From Camelus ferus (Eukaryota): a stretch of DNA of 64,000 bases. The notes under the pieces are model-generated. The model was not told where the DNA came from and ran no database searches. It saw only the letters and a list, made by a program, of their open reading frames with translations. Location: contig NC_045696.1 of the NCBI RefSeq assembly GCF_009834535.1, positions 12,154,001-12,218,000 of the forward strand, written 5' to 3'. Positions within the stretch are counted from its first letter, which is position 1. Each line of letters opens with the position of its first letter. A program made the position numbers and the translations under genes. Positions 52,276 to 64,000 of the stretch are shown piece by piece.

Positions 52276-54784
52276 TATCAAGAAATACTATCATAATGCA
52301 AATAAAAATCTCAGCCCATTTTTACCTTCTTTCCATACATATCCTGTTGTCTTTATTATGTAAATACAAGGATTTACACTACTAGCAATACTGTCTGAAT
52401 TGCATGCATCTCATCTATAAAAAGTTGACCACGAAAATGTCTTCTACCAAACACTTTGAATGTTATTGTTCATATTCCTGATGACTCACCTTATTCCTAA
52501 ATTGATATATACACGAGTACTTTCATTCTCTGGGAACACCAGACAACAAAATATACACGTGTCATGGAGAAACAAAGAGGGGCAAGGTATTAGGGCTGTT
52601 AAACACATTTTAAACAAATTTCTTTTACATAAGCGTATGCGTGCCTTTCACATGGTGGGATAATAGCAGAACTAAGTTGGTAGTGATCATCATTTCTGGA
52701 AACAGAGCTCAGAGCAAAAGCAAAAGAGTTACCATTTTATGAGAGAGGATAACACAATTTTAGACTTAGAATAATATAAGAAATGACAACCGAAATGATA
52801 AAATGAGTGTGGAAACTATGTAAAGAACCTATTCATATTGGGGAGAGAGTGAATATTTTCATGAGCCTAAACATGTTTTTGGCCCCAGAAGCAGAATTCA
52901 TCTAAATGAAAACCATTGTAATGGCTAACGAGTGTAATATATCCTGGCAGGTAGCCTGTAGTAACAGTGGTTGCCTGATCTAGTTACTGTGAATTTTAAC
53001 ATGCGCTGTCACTAGCCCTGCTACATGGGAACAAGCCTCTTCAACAAAGACGTTGTTGTTTTAGTATTATCATTTTTGGATTATTGTATCTGAATACGAC
53101 ATAAACTGGTCTTAAAATGTAATAGGCTTTTGCCAAATATTGAATTAAGGTTTGGGGAGTTTTGAAGAGAATAAAGGTCACAATGGTAGAGACAACCTCC
53201 TTTAGGGACTAAAAAGCTAATGTTTCCAACAAAGAAGGTATTTGTGAGTCAAATCAGAAGAAAGAAAGTAGAATAGAACATATAAGTATTGCATAAGTAA
53301 GTATACATAAGTAATGTATAAGTAAGAATATATAAATGAAAGTGCATTTTAACAAGCCTAAACACATTTATAATATAGTGCGCCTATTGAAAATCACCCC
53401 TTTTGAAGAGTAGGTCGTCATTGAAATTGTCTTTATTTGTAAGAAATTCATTTTGATGTATTCATTAAGTTTGGATGCAGCTTGTAGAGACTGGAGCTTT
53501 TATTCGCCAATGAAAGTGATGTGAAGATGTAAAAAGAAACATGCACTTTCAATAATACAGGATGAGAATGGAGGAACTCCCTCAATAACCAGTATGAGGA
53601 TGGAAGTTGATCCAAACTTCAGGGGTCTTGAAACTGCATAGGAATTCGCATTTTCAGGTTGGTGGTTTCATTGTTCACTTACTAGGCAGTCTTGAGAGTT
53701 TAATAATTAACCCCAAAATCTATTTATAGAATTTTAAAAACATGGTCATTCCTGAGAGCTCTGGGCCGTTTATCCCACTACTTTCAGAGTTGACAAGGTC
53801 ATGTGGAATTCCCGTGTGAAGAGAGACTAACCTCAAGGTCCAAATTCCCCAGGTTGAAATGAAGCCATGCGGGCATGAGAAAGTGATAAAAGAGCAGCCT
53901 GGGCGTTTTATCTTCCCCAATCCTCCAAAACCTCCCTTTGAAGGCTTTTCTACCTAGGTGCAATTCCCACCCCCTTCCATTAACGCGATTGCTCAATTAT
54001 CTCAACAGCTTCTAATAGGGTTAAGTGAATTTACCTCGGTGTTCTAAAAGGAAACCAGACTCTTAAAGTTGCTAATACGCACTTACTAACCCATGTCGCA
54101 CATAGGTCACACATAAACTCCCTTATAAACTTTACTGGGATGCTTTGCTTCACGCACCACCCCTCCACTCCACTTGAAGCTCTCTACCCGCCTGTGAACG
54201 CGTTTTCCTTTTGTAATAACGAACATCTGTGATAGCATCTTTGCCAAAATAAATAAAATTAAGCAGATGATTCTGTGGGGTTATGCTAAACAATTTTTTA
54301 AACAGGTTCAGATTTCTTTCTAAGGGAGTACAAAATGTCTCCATATGCTGGCTCTTGTTTATTATTGCGTGTGTGTGAGAGAAAAATGTGAAGCTAAGAA
54401 AGAGAACTAGAAAGACACATCATAAATGTAGAGTCATCAAAAGCTAGTTAACACAGTCTTATAAATTATTTTTTTTAATTAAGAATGTTTTCAATACGAA
54501 CCAGGGGGCCTGCTTTCTCATTAAAAGAGTTTCAATATATGTGGTCTAAAATGTTTTTATTTCTGTCACTAAGATGGAAACCAGCCTGTGTTGGCGTAGA
54601 ACCTGCTGGAAGTGTTTTGCTCCTCACTGTTATCAGTTTTGCTCCTGGCTATGGTAAAATCCTGTTGTTCTCTCTCAATGCTTCTTTTCTGGATTTAAAA
54701 GTGTAAAACAGACTGTACAAACACACCAAGAAAGGGCAACAAAAGGCTACTTTCCAATGCAACACAGATGTGAAGCAATCAAGG

Positions 54785-55200
54785 TAGACACGTTGGCTTA
54801 TTCTGCTTGGAGTTCACTGGGATTTTGAATCTGTGAATAGTATATTTCATCAGTTCTAGAAAGTTCTCAACTATAACGTCTTCAAATTTTGTACCTATTC
54901 CATTTCCTTCTACTCTTCTTCTTGAACTACAATTAAAAATATGTTGGAACTTGACAACTCTTAACCTCTTTTCCATATTTTCCATCTTTTTGTCTCCATG
55001 TGCACCATTTTGGGTAATTTTTTTTACTTAGATCCTAGATTATTAATTATGTCTTCAAATATGCTATTCCAATATTGTCTATAGTGACCATGTTTGAAAC
55101 CTGTGTATGTCTATTTCTGCTGCTTCTTTCTTTTTCTATTATTGCTTATTCATGATGCTTTATTTTCTTGTGTACTTGGTTATTTTAGAAGCTGGTCTTC
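54785..55200 (-). mobile_element. Ancient L1 ORF1 remnant
   Basis: ORF 54779-54985 contains FEDVIVENFLELMK, resembling the L1 ORF1p motif FEEIxxENFPxLMK. Confidence 0.7.
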
Positions 55201-56054
55201 TCAAGAGGATTTGGCTCTAATTCTGGGGACACTGTTAGTCTGAAAACTCTTTAACTCCAGTTTATAGTTTGAAGATATTGAAAACACTCAATCCCAGGGT
55301 GAGTTACAAATTCAGATGCTGTTTCTCAACTTTCTTTATCTTCTATGCTCAATTTAGAACCAAGGGAGACTTCCCTGAAGTCCACAGGAATTAGGGGTTT
55401 GGTAGGAACTTACTTCAGGTCATGTAACTCTGAGTATGTAACCCTTTAAAGACCCTTCCTTAATTATGGGAAACTTTTTAATACATTTTCTACCTTGGTG
55501 GGCCCATGACCTTGACTTTAACTCTTTCTCTGTTCAAGGCCACCAAATATGTAGCTCAAATCTGCCTAGATGGCCCATGCTCTTGGAGCAAAAGTTTATT
55601 TCTATGTATCCTTCTCCCATATCTGAGTTCCTGCTTTCCCTATAATTTTGACTCAGTAGTTCCTCACTGACTTATTCAGCTATCAATACTTTAAAAACAT
55701 ATTTTAAAAATATCTTTTCTCTGCATTTTTCATGGCTTTTGCAAAATGATATATGCAAATAACTAACCAATATTAAGGTAACTTTTAAAAACATGATATT
55801 TTATATATAATGCTCAGCTGATATCTATAGCTTCTCTGTGATTACTAATTTCTAGTATTCTTAACATAAAGTCATTGTTTGATGTATTAACATGTTAGGA
55901 GTCTAATGGATAATGTTTTTATGACTTGGAGTTATTATGACAGTTAGATGACTAAATAAGGAAACTGCTATCCACATTAATATATTATTAATATGTTGTC
56001 ACAGCTAAAATGTTTTCACTTAATGAGAAATGTTCATTTTAGTTAGCTTGTCAT

Positions 56055-56265
56055 GTAATAATAGCTATCATAGAGTTGGTACTTGCCATATGCCAGGCAT
56101 GTGTATTATCTCTTTTAATCATCACACCTTAGATCATTTTATAGAAGAAAAAAAGGTGGGAGAATAGGGAGGTTAAACAACTTACCTCGTAAGGTCACAT
56201 AGCCAGCAAGTGATAAAGACAGGATTAGCCTCCAAGATTCTGACTCTTGAACACATACTCTTAAG
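56055..56265 (-). mobile_element. MIR SINE
   Basis: 'acttgccatatgccaggca', 'gaggttaaacaactt...aaggtcacatagccagcaagtgataaagacaggatt'. Confidence 0.8.
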
Positions 56266-57861
56266 TATCTGAAATGATTTTATTTCCATGTGTTGTCTTC
56301 TGTAGAAGAAAGTTTATTAACTTATGGGAAAATAAGAGACCATGAAACCAATGGCAATAAATTTTCACAGTCCTGAAAAGCCCAATAATTGTAGATACAT
56401 TTCTTTACTTTGTCCTGGAAGAGTACTTTGGACATAAAAAGATCACTCTCTTCAAAATTTAATTGTAAGTCTCAAAAGACTTTATTTAATTTTATATCCA
56501 TAATCAGAAAAGTTTGTAGTAAGATCAATAAAGAAGTGGAAAATTAAATCTTACAATTTTAATACTATAAATTATTTCTTATCTAGATTTATGTTTTATG
56601 ATTGAGTAGCAGAGTCTTGTGGATTTTTTTAAGATTGTGACTCATATGAAAACATTCCTGACTTTGAAACCATTGCTTTGCAAAGGAGCTCTTATCAAAC
56701 AGAATTAAACCTCTCTACATAAAGAGAGAACTTTTTAAGTCATCAGTTCAATAAACGACAATTACATAAGACAAGCATGGATGAATTGCTATTAATTCTA
56801 GCCAGGAAAAAAAAAAAAAGCTTGTAGTAGTTGCAACAATGACTTTGTTTCTTATTTATATATACAGCAAAGAGTATTCAAATTGATTACAAATCATGTG
56901 CATGCATAATTAAAAAATGAATTTTTCTCCAAGAACTTAACATCTATTTAAAAGATCTTTAGGACTTTAAAGGATAAGAAAAGGGTAGAGGAAATAGAAA
57001 AGTTCAATAATCAAATTTTCCAAACTTCTTCCCAAATTCTCAAATACCAAGGTATTCGAATTAGTTTCTGTCTTTTGGGTGGTGAGTGATTTGGAATTGT
57101 TTTGAAATCAACTGCTGTCAACAGACTCATTAATTTCCTAAGAATTGGTCAATAGTTTACTTTCCTTTTTTGAAACACAGTAATGAAGTTGACTAAAAGA
57201 AGCCAAATTGGAATTGTGTTGATTGAATTAATTGTTATTTGCTTTCCTTGAAACGTTATGGGTGGAAGTAATCCAAAAAGAGGCAGTCACTCACTCTTTT
57301 CCCAGCTGAAATAAGCTTATGAATTTTAAACTTTACTTTTATGAAAACACTCTACCACAGTAATATTAAAGTCTCTGATGGATATATTTGTTTTGCCTTA
57401 TATAAAGGAATTTTCTCTTTTGACTCCATCAGTTTCTAGATAGTATGTTTATTGTAAAATCAAAATAAGCACCAAAGCAAGCATGACTAGGAATACTAAA
57501 TCAGTTTTGTTAAATACTGTAACATAGAGAGTCATGTTTCATTCTAGAAAATATAGTGCCCAATATTATTGTTTTTCTAGAAAAAAAAAAAAGCAACAAA
57601 GCTGATACATTTACTCTGAAAAACCAACATTGGTTGATAATCCAAATAATTTCAAACTATTTGTGTTGACAGTTTTCTAATATTAAGAATATCTTAGTTT
57701 GTTGTTGTTTTTTTTTTTGTTTTGTTTTTTGTTTTTTCAATAAGGAAGTTACCAGAAGAGTTAGGACCCTTTCCAACAGAGACTTCATTTTTTGTGTGTG
57801 TGGCAGTTGGAAAATAGATTACTAGTGAGTTTATTTTCATGTATGATGTGAGGAGTGTTGT

Positions 57862-58148
57862 AACAAGAGCCTACAATATACTGCCTACAAGAGATCCACT
57901 TTAGAGTGAAGGACACACATAGTTTGAAAGTGAGAGGATGGAAAAAGATATTTCAAGCAAATGGAAATGACAAGAAAGCAGGGGTAGCAATTCTCGTATC
58001 AAATAGACTTTAAAACAAAGGCCATCAAGAAAAAGAAAGACACTATGTAATGATAAAAGGAGCAATGCAAGATGAGGATATCACACTCATTAACATATAT
58101 GCACCCAATATAGGGCACCTAAATACATAAAACAAGTACTAACAGACA
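57862..58148 (+). mobile_element. Isolated internal L1 ORF2 endonuclease-domain fragment
   Basis: Translates QEPTIYCLQEIHFRVKDTHSLKVRGWKKIFQANGNDKKAGVAILVS..., later ITLINIYAPN: the APE-like L1 endonuclease. Confidence 0.93.
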
Positions 58149-58610
58149 GAATACACTTTGAGAAGGTTCATGTTACAAAAGACCAGAAAAAAAATTAGGA
58201 GATATCAAGACTGATAGTAAACTAGCACAGACTTTCACTCACATTTGTAGAAATGACAAGAGGAAGTCAATGGAAAGACACAATTTGAAAATGCAAGAAA
58301 AGTATGTTGGGACTTTAGGGGAAAGTTAAAATAATATCTCTTTCCCTCTTTGTATTCAGAATCGATTATGATAATGACATGGGAATCATAAAGATGGAAA
58401 TCAAAATGCAACATTACCTTTAATAGTGTTAATGCTTAGTAGAAAACAGAGGTTTAGATTGGAGGGTGGGATGTAGCCTTCCTGGTACAACTGTCCAACC
58501 ACAAGTCTTACCCCTAAAGAAAAGTCGTATTGTAGAGCAGAGAGCAGAGCATCAGTTGAATGGGCTGGAATCCCCAGCAAAAGGGCTGAGTTTAGTATCC
58601 CAGTTGCTTA

Positions 58611-58652
58611 TCAGTTGAATATCTCACTCCTCAGTTGAATATCTCACTCCTC
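58611..58652. repeat. Perfect 20-bp tandem duplication
   Basis: 'tcagttgaatatctcactcc' x2. Confidence 0.95.
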
Positions 58653-60299
58653 TTTTGAGGGAATGAGGAAGGTGAAGGATATGAAAAAAAAAAAAAAACA
58701 TATGGAAACAGAAGGACTGGTGATTAAGTGATCCCTGTATCAAGAAAGAGTAGAAAGAAGAATAAGAGGGAGACAGAGAGCCTAGTTGATTTTGTATACA
58801 ATTCTAAAATAAAATAGTCCTAGGGATAAAGTTATAGGGTGTTATTACTAATTTTTCCCTATATCTTAAAGAATCTATTTTCTAGGCCCATCATTTGCTT
58901 TGAAATATAAATAATTGCCTTGAATTGTTTGATATTATTGCAAATGAGTATAATCAGCAACGGTGGTGAATTTATGCCTGTATTATGTAGAAAGAATGAC
59001 TGCGTTTCTCATGAAGGGTTGATGTCAGTACACTTGATTTGTCATTTGCTAATAGTTTGGTTATAGATTCAATGTGAAAGTGTGGAAGCTGAGAGCCAAG
59101 AAGATATAAAGAGGAATAAAGAACATGTTTAAATGACTATGATTTAAGATGCATAAAATTACACAAAATTTCTAATAAATTTGAAAGTGTAGAGCAATGT
59201 CCGAAAGATGCTGTTATCTCTATTCAAGTGTAATAAAAGCACCAAACTAGGGAGTAGGTGATAAAATTAATCAGGCATGTAAAGGAAGCCAATATAAGTT
59301 TTCAATGCAGATATTGCATTATTTGATAGCTATTCACATACGCCATAGAAGTGTGCTAAAACCTAAGGCATACTCTGTTGCTTGTTTATGGAATCTTTAC
59401 AGAGCACATTCGTAAGGTTAGTAACAGTAAAACCATCTAGAAATACAGTCTGTCTTTCTGCATGATCATGGCACTGACCCTTTTTGATACTTAGAATTGA
59501 TGACATTTTCATTGAGTGATAAATAAAGAAGAAATAGAAGCAGAAATTCTTCTGATAGTTCAAAACCAAATTTTCTTTGAAAATTTTTTTTGATTTATGC
59601 TGTATATTAAATGAGTCAGGAAATAGCAGATGCTTGGAGGAAAGAGCAGAAGTGCAAGACAAGCTGCTGTTTCTATAATTAATAGTTTCTGAGGTTGCAC
59701 GACTTGTACTTTCTAGAACTGCAGTTCACATTTATAATTGCATTGCTCGCGTATATAATACAAAATAGATTTAAGTAATTAACAATATGCTTATTTTAGT
59801 ACAATAGATGGACCATTTAAGATGCCTTGAATGTAAATGAATTAAAGAACAAAAAATAAATATAGTGCTCCGTATAACCTCAGTATTTAAACTGTATTTA
59901 ATTTATGCACATAGTTCAATCTTTCAAGAATTTAGAAACAGATTATCCAGGTGCCAAAAATTTTACCACCCCCTCTTATTCCATTATCACACCATTAGAC
60001 TTATAAAAACAATTTTTAATAAAATTAATTTCTTCATAAACATCTCATTAAAAATAAACTAATCCATTTTTAAAACTCAGAATATCTTCATTTTTTCAGG
60101 CATACAGTCTGATTTTCATTAGTTCTCTAGTCTGATTTCCTTTAGAAAACTGGGCTTATATATATTTTTTTAATTAGAGATAAAAAAATCTAAAAATTAT
60201 AATCCTACGTTTAGGTCAAGATTTATTTTATTACCTCTAGAATTCCCTGTAGATTAATAATATATCAGTGTTATACTGTGTGTTTTCAGTTATCACTCC

Positions 60300-60520
60300 A
60301 GTGGAGCACTTGTGTGAGGGTTGAGAGCATGTGTTCGGGGGCAGGCATATCTGGGTGTATTCTGAATTACTCTACCGCCAATTACTCAGATGATCTTTGG
60401 CAGGTAACATCTATAAAATGAGGATATTCATCTGCACCACATGTTTTTTGAAAGAATTAAAGACAATTTCAAGAGACCAATATACAGTACCTGACACAAG
60501 TAACTGAAAAAAATTTTTCT
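60300..60520 (+). mobile_element. MIR SINE
   Basis: 'tgatctttggcaggtaacatctataaaatgaggata...acagtacctgacaca'. Confidence 0.65.
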
Positions 60521-60702
60521 GCTACCATTATAGAATTTGAGGAAATCGGCCTTTCTCATAATGACATATGACCCACCCCTCTCTAATCACATCTTTTTCT
60601 AACCCCAATATATGTTCCCGTCAACTGAATACTCTCAATTTAGCAACGCAAATTAGAAAATTTACACCTCAATTTGAATTAGCTGACATTTAGTAATATT
60701 AC

Positions 60703-61224
60703 TGTTAACTGAGTCCAAGCTTATACTACTCACCACAAAACAGGCCAATAGATCAAGAGATGAGTTGCTGGAGCAAGGGACAGCAAATTCATTCAGAAAG
60801 CCAGCAGGCTGAGAAAATAGTAGATTAGTGTCCCAAAGAACCATCTTATCTGAATTAGAATTCAGGCTTCTTTTATACTAAAAGGGGAGGGGGTGTGGCT
60901 GGTTGTTGCCACCTTCTAGGTGCTGGAATCCTTTGTTCCTGCAGCTGTCCACATATGCCTGGTCACAAAGTTTCCATAAATCTCCAACAAGACAAATGTT
61001 ATTTTATATTCTGCAAATTTTTATCTCTATATGGATGGGAAAGTGTTATATCTTTAAAGGCCAATGCCCTGAGACTGGACTATCCTGTATATTTCAGGCT
61101 ACAGGCAACATTCTTTTACAAAAAGGTGTAGAACCATCATGACTCAGCACAGGCAACAGAGCACAAAGGTTAGAGCCAAAGGAATAGATTCAATATGGAG
61201 TCAGATTTGTTTTTCTTTGTTACA
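60703..61224 (-). mobile_element. ERV1-class solo LTR
   Basis: TG...CA termini; minus strand starts 'tgtaacaaagaaaaacaaatctgactccatatt'; TATA 'tataaaag' on the minus strand near 60870; 3/4 matching 4-bp flanks (ttac/tcac). Confidence 0.8.
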
Positions 61225-61384
61225 TCACAGTTCTAGAAAGCTGCTTCAGGTCCTTCATACTGAAAGATTAGATCTGAGGACACCTGTATGCTAACAAAAT
61301 CTTTGAAATCAGTCTGAGGAGAATCGTATCAAGGTGAGCATATTAGGATTCTCTGGAGAAATTGAATTAATAGTATATATGCAT

Positions 61385-61482
61385 GTTTGTGTGTGTATAT
61401 ATGTGTGTGTGTGTGTGTGTGTGTATTAGAAAGAGAGAGAGACAAACAGAGAGACAAAGACAGACAGAGACAGAAATAGACA
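61385..61482. repeat. (TG)n followed by GA/GACA-rich simple repeat
   Basis: Directly visible. Confidence 0.9.
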
Positions 61483-61489
61483 ATAGTAG

Positions 61490-61900
61490 AATCTGTAAAT
61501 ATATTGTGATATATGTTGATAGAACAAAATTTTAAGCAGCTAATGAAAAAGAATTAACTATTGATGCATACAACACCATGGATTAATCAGAAGGACACCA
61601 TATTGAGTCAAGTCAGAAGACACAAAGTAATTTATCTATGATTCTATATATATGAAATTCAAAAATAAGCAAAACTAATCTATGGTGATAGAAATCAGTG
61701 GTAGTAACTATGGTCGCTACTCTGGAAAGGAGTAGGACTGGGAGCAGACACGTGGGAGCCTTATAGGATGCTTGAAAGTCTCTATATCTTGAACTGAGCA
61801 GTGATAACATGGGTGTACACATGTATAAAAATTAACCAAGTAGCTCATTAAAGATTTGTGCCTGTAAATGCATGTAAGTCCTACCTTCATTAATAAAAAC
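61490..61900 (+). mobile_element. Ancient L1 (L1MC/L1ME-like) 3' end
   Basis: 'gcatacaacaccatggattaatc', 'gcaaaactaatctatggtgatagaaatcag', end 'gtaagtcctaccttcattaataaaaa'. Confidence 0.85.
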
Positions 61901-64000
61901 TATTGGGAGATACTGTAGAGCGTATCATCTGGAAAGGCATTCTGAGAAAGAACACAATCATTGAGTTTAGATGGAAGTTCAAGTCCCACAGTCTGAATTC
62001 ACTGATATCTTCAGTTAAAGGCAATAGGTAGTAATTATGTCTCCTATTGCTATATTTAACTATATAGCAGTTCTTAAGATTGCTCAGACTTTAAATACGA
62101 AATTGTAAGATTTATTCTACTCACACTTTGTACCAAGGAAGGCTCACACTAACAATTTATTGTCATTAAAAATAAAATTGTAAAAGTTTCTTTTATGAAT
62201 TGTTTTCTACACCTCCGCTGACTTGCTGACATATATGAATCTATAGCCATGCTTGATATAACCGTAAGGTAAGAACTGATTTCAGATTTATTTTAGAATA
62301 TGGGTATGATAAAAACCATGCAAAAATTACAATTAAATAAAATGTCAGACAAATATATTTTATTAAATATATCCTTATTCTAGATCCTGTAAAATATTAA
62401 AAAAAATTGTAACTGAGAATGTAAACTCTTTCTTATTTATTTATTTATTTATTTATTTATTATGTGGAACATATTCATAATGTACAAATATGTAAAACAT
62501 CTACCTTTTACTGAAGAATTTTATTGAAGACTTAGTATATGCGCAATGGGTATAACAACAATAAGATGGAGATTATACCTTTATGAATTCATAGTGGGAA
62601 AACAGATACAGAAATAGATCATTATCATTCAATATCCTATCAGCGTATGGACTTACGGAGACATAAGTACTTGTACCAAAGTCTCTAAAACATGGTTCCA
62701 ACCCAAGGAACTTAGCAATGGTTATGACTGTAAAAATGAAATTCAAATCAACTTTGAAAATAAAATTCAATGTTAATCTCTATAAAATGTGTAATGCATG
62801 GTAACTAAAGGTGAAGTGTTTTATGTTTTAAATTGGGTATAATCATTCATTGCAGAGTCTCTATGATTTTGTTTATATGGGTATATCTCTGTGTGTATGA
62901 AACAGAATGATCCAAATGATAGACACAAGAAAGTTAATGTGTTTTTATCAAAGGTTTTGTACTCTCAAATTTCCCAAACAATTGCCTGATATTGATTTGG
63001 GGCTCAAAAGACCTCTGCAGAATGACAGTGGGCATGACAGTGACCTTTGGATGGGTGAGGACATTACAGCTCTCAGACACACTCACCCTCAGACACAAAC
63101 CAGATACCTCACCATCTGCTTTGCTTCATGCTGATCACTCACTTCTTAGGTTAGATAACATCCACAGGAATGGTAAACAGATCATATATTACAATGTAAT
63201 TATCCTTCCTTAGAGATAACAAAAAAGAAATCCATTATTTCACTTACTCCAGAAGGTTTGAAATTCAAAGGATAAGCAATATTTGTCCAACTAAGAAATA
63301 AATTATAACATAAATTTTGAACATTCGGTGATGATTCTGGGATATATTTGAATACAACTATTTTCCTGAAATTCTCTTTGTAACACATTTTTAAACAAGC
63401 CTAAGTTTAGCAGAGATGAATATTACACTTTTTAAAAAGTGTTAGATTCTCTCATAGACACACTGTGGAAAATGTCAGAATAGACATACCCTTGAAGTGC
63501 TTCTGTTATGTCATGATATTGATTCCTATGATTCCAGTATAATATTTTGCCTCAAACTGTGATTTTTTAAATGAAAATGTTAAAGAAAAAAGACTTATTA
63601 ATGATCTCTCTATTTGCCAAAAATAATATTTTAAGGAGAGAGATACCCTGAATCATACAGCTCTAATAGCAAAGATTTGAGATTTTATAGTCTGGCCAGT
63701 TTGGAGACTGTTTTGAAATAACCACTCTGATTTGGCACATTATTTTGTATATTTTCCTGTTCATTCTCGTTAATTTTAAAGGTGTCTTGGACCTTGATCA
63801 TAAATAATACAATGAAGGGCAACATTTATAAAACTATGTTGCTCCTTTTTTTTTTAAAGAAGTCTTCAATTTTCTCTCTTTTATTTATACCCAAATACTC
63901 CCATTTATACCTATAATCATAAAGGTACAATGACAAAATTCTGTAGCAAAAATCACTAGATAGCAAGCTGATTTTGAGGGCACTAAGTATGATTTTTCCA

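Noticed and set aside
1..64000. CRISPR arrays, operons or other prokaryote-type systems
   Set aside because: The sequence is mammalian repeat-rich DNA with no repeat-spacer arrays or gene-dense segments.

Overview
Mammalian genomic DNA, very probably camelid (tRNA-derived SINEs resembling the camelid vic-1 family, plus cetartiodactyl-type L1 3' ends). The window is essentially intergenic and I find no intact protein-coding gene. The ORF track is almost all chance ORFs in repeats or unique DNA; the exceptions are L1 ORF1/ORF2 remnants. The one host-gene remnant is an intronless, multiply disrupted glycine/tyrosine-rich keratin-associated protein pseudogene (KRTAP19-like, 26047-26227, + strand), absent from the ORF track, which keeps a CACCC box and TATA-like element. 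The rest is MIR, L2, L1, MaLR/ERVL/ERV1 LTRs, hAT/Tigger DNA transposon relics, microsatellites and a 100-N assembly gap (42589-42688), with visibly more AT-rich DNA to the right. The most interesting structures are retrotransposition scars readable from target-site duplications: an L1 3' transduction (45717-47373), a SINE with an extra segment between two A-tails, a poly(A)-only insertion, a three-layer nested insertion and an orphan L1 endonuclease fragment. I see no support for a novel biological system. Repeat subfamily names are from recognition of consensus motifs, not a database search, and boundaries of old repeats are approximate.
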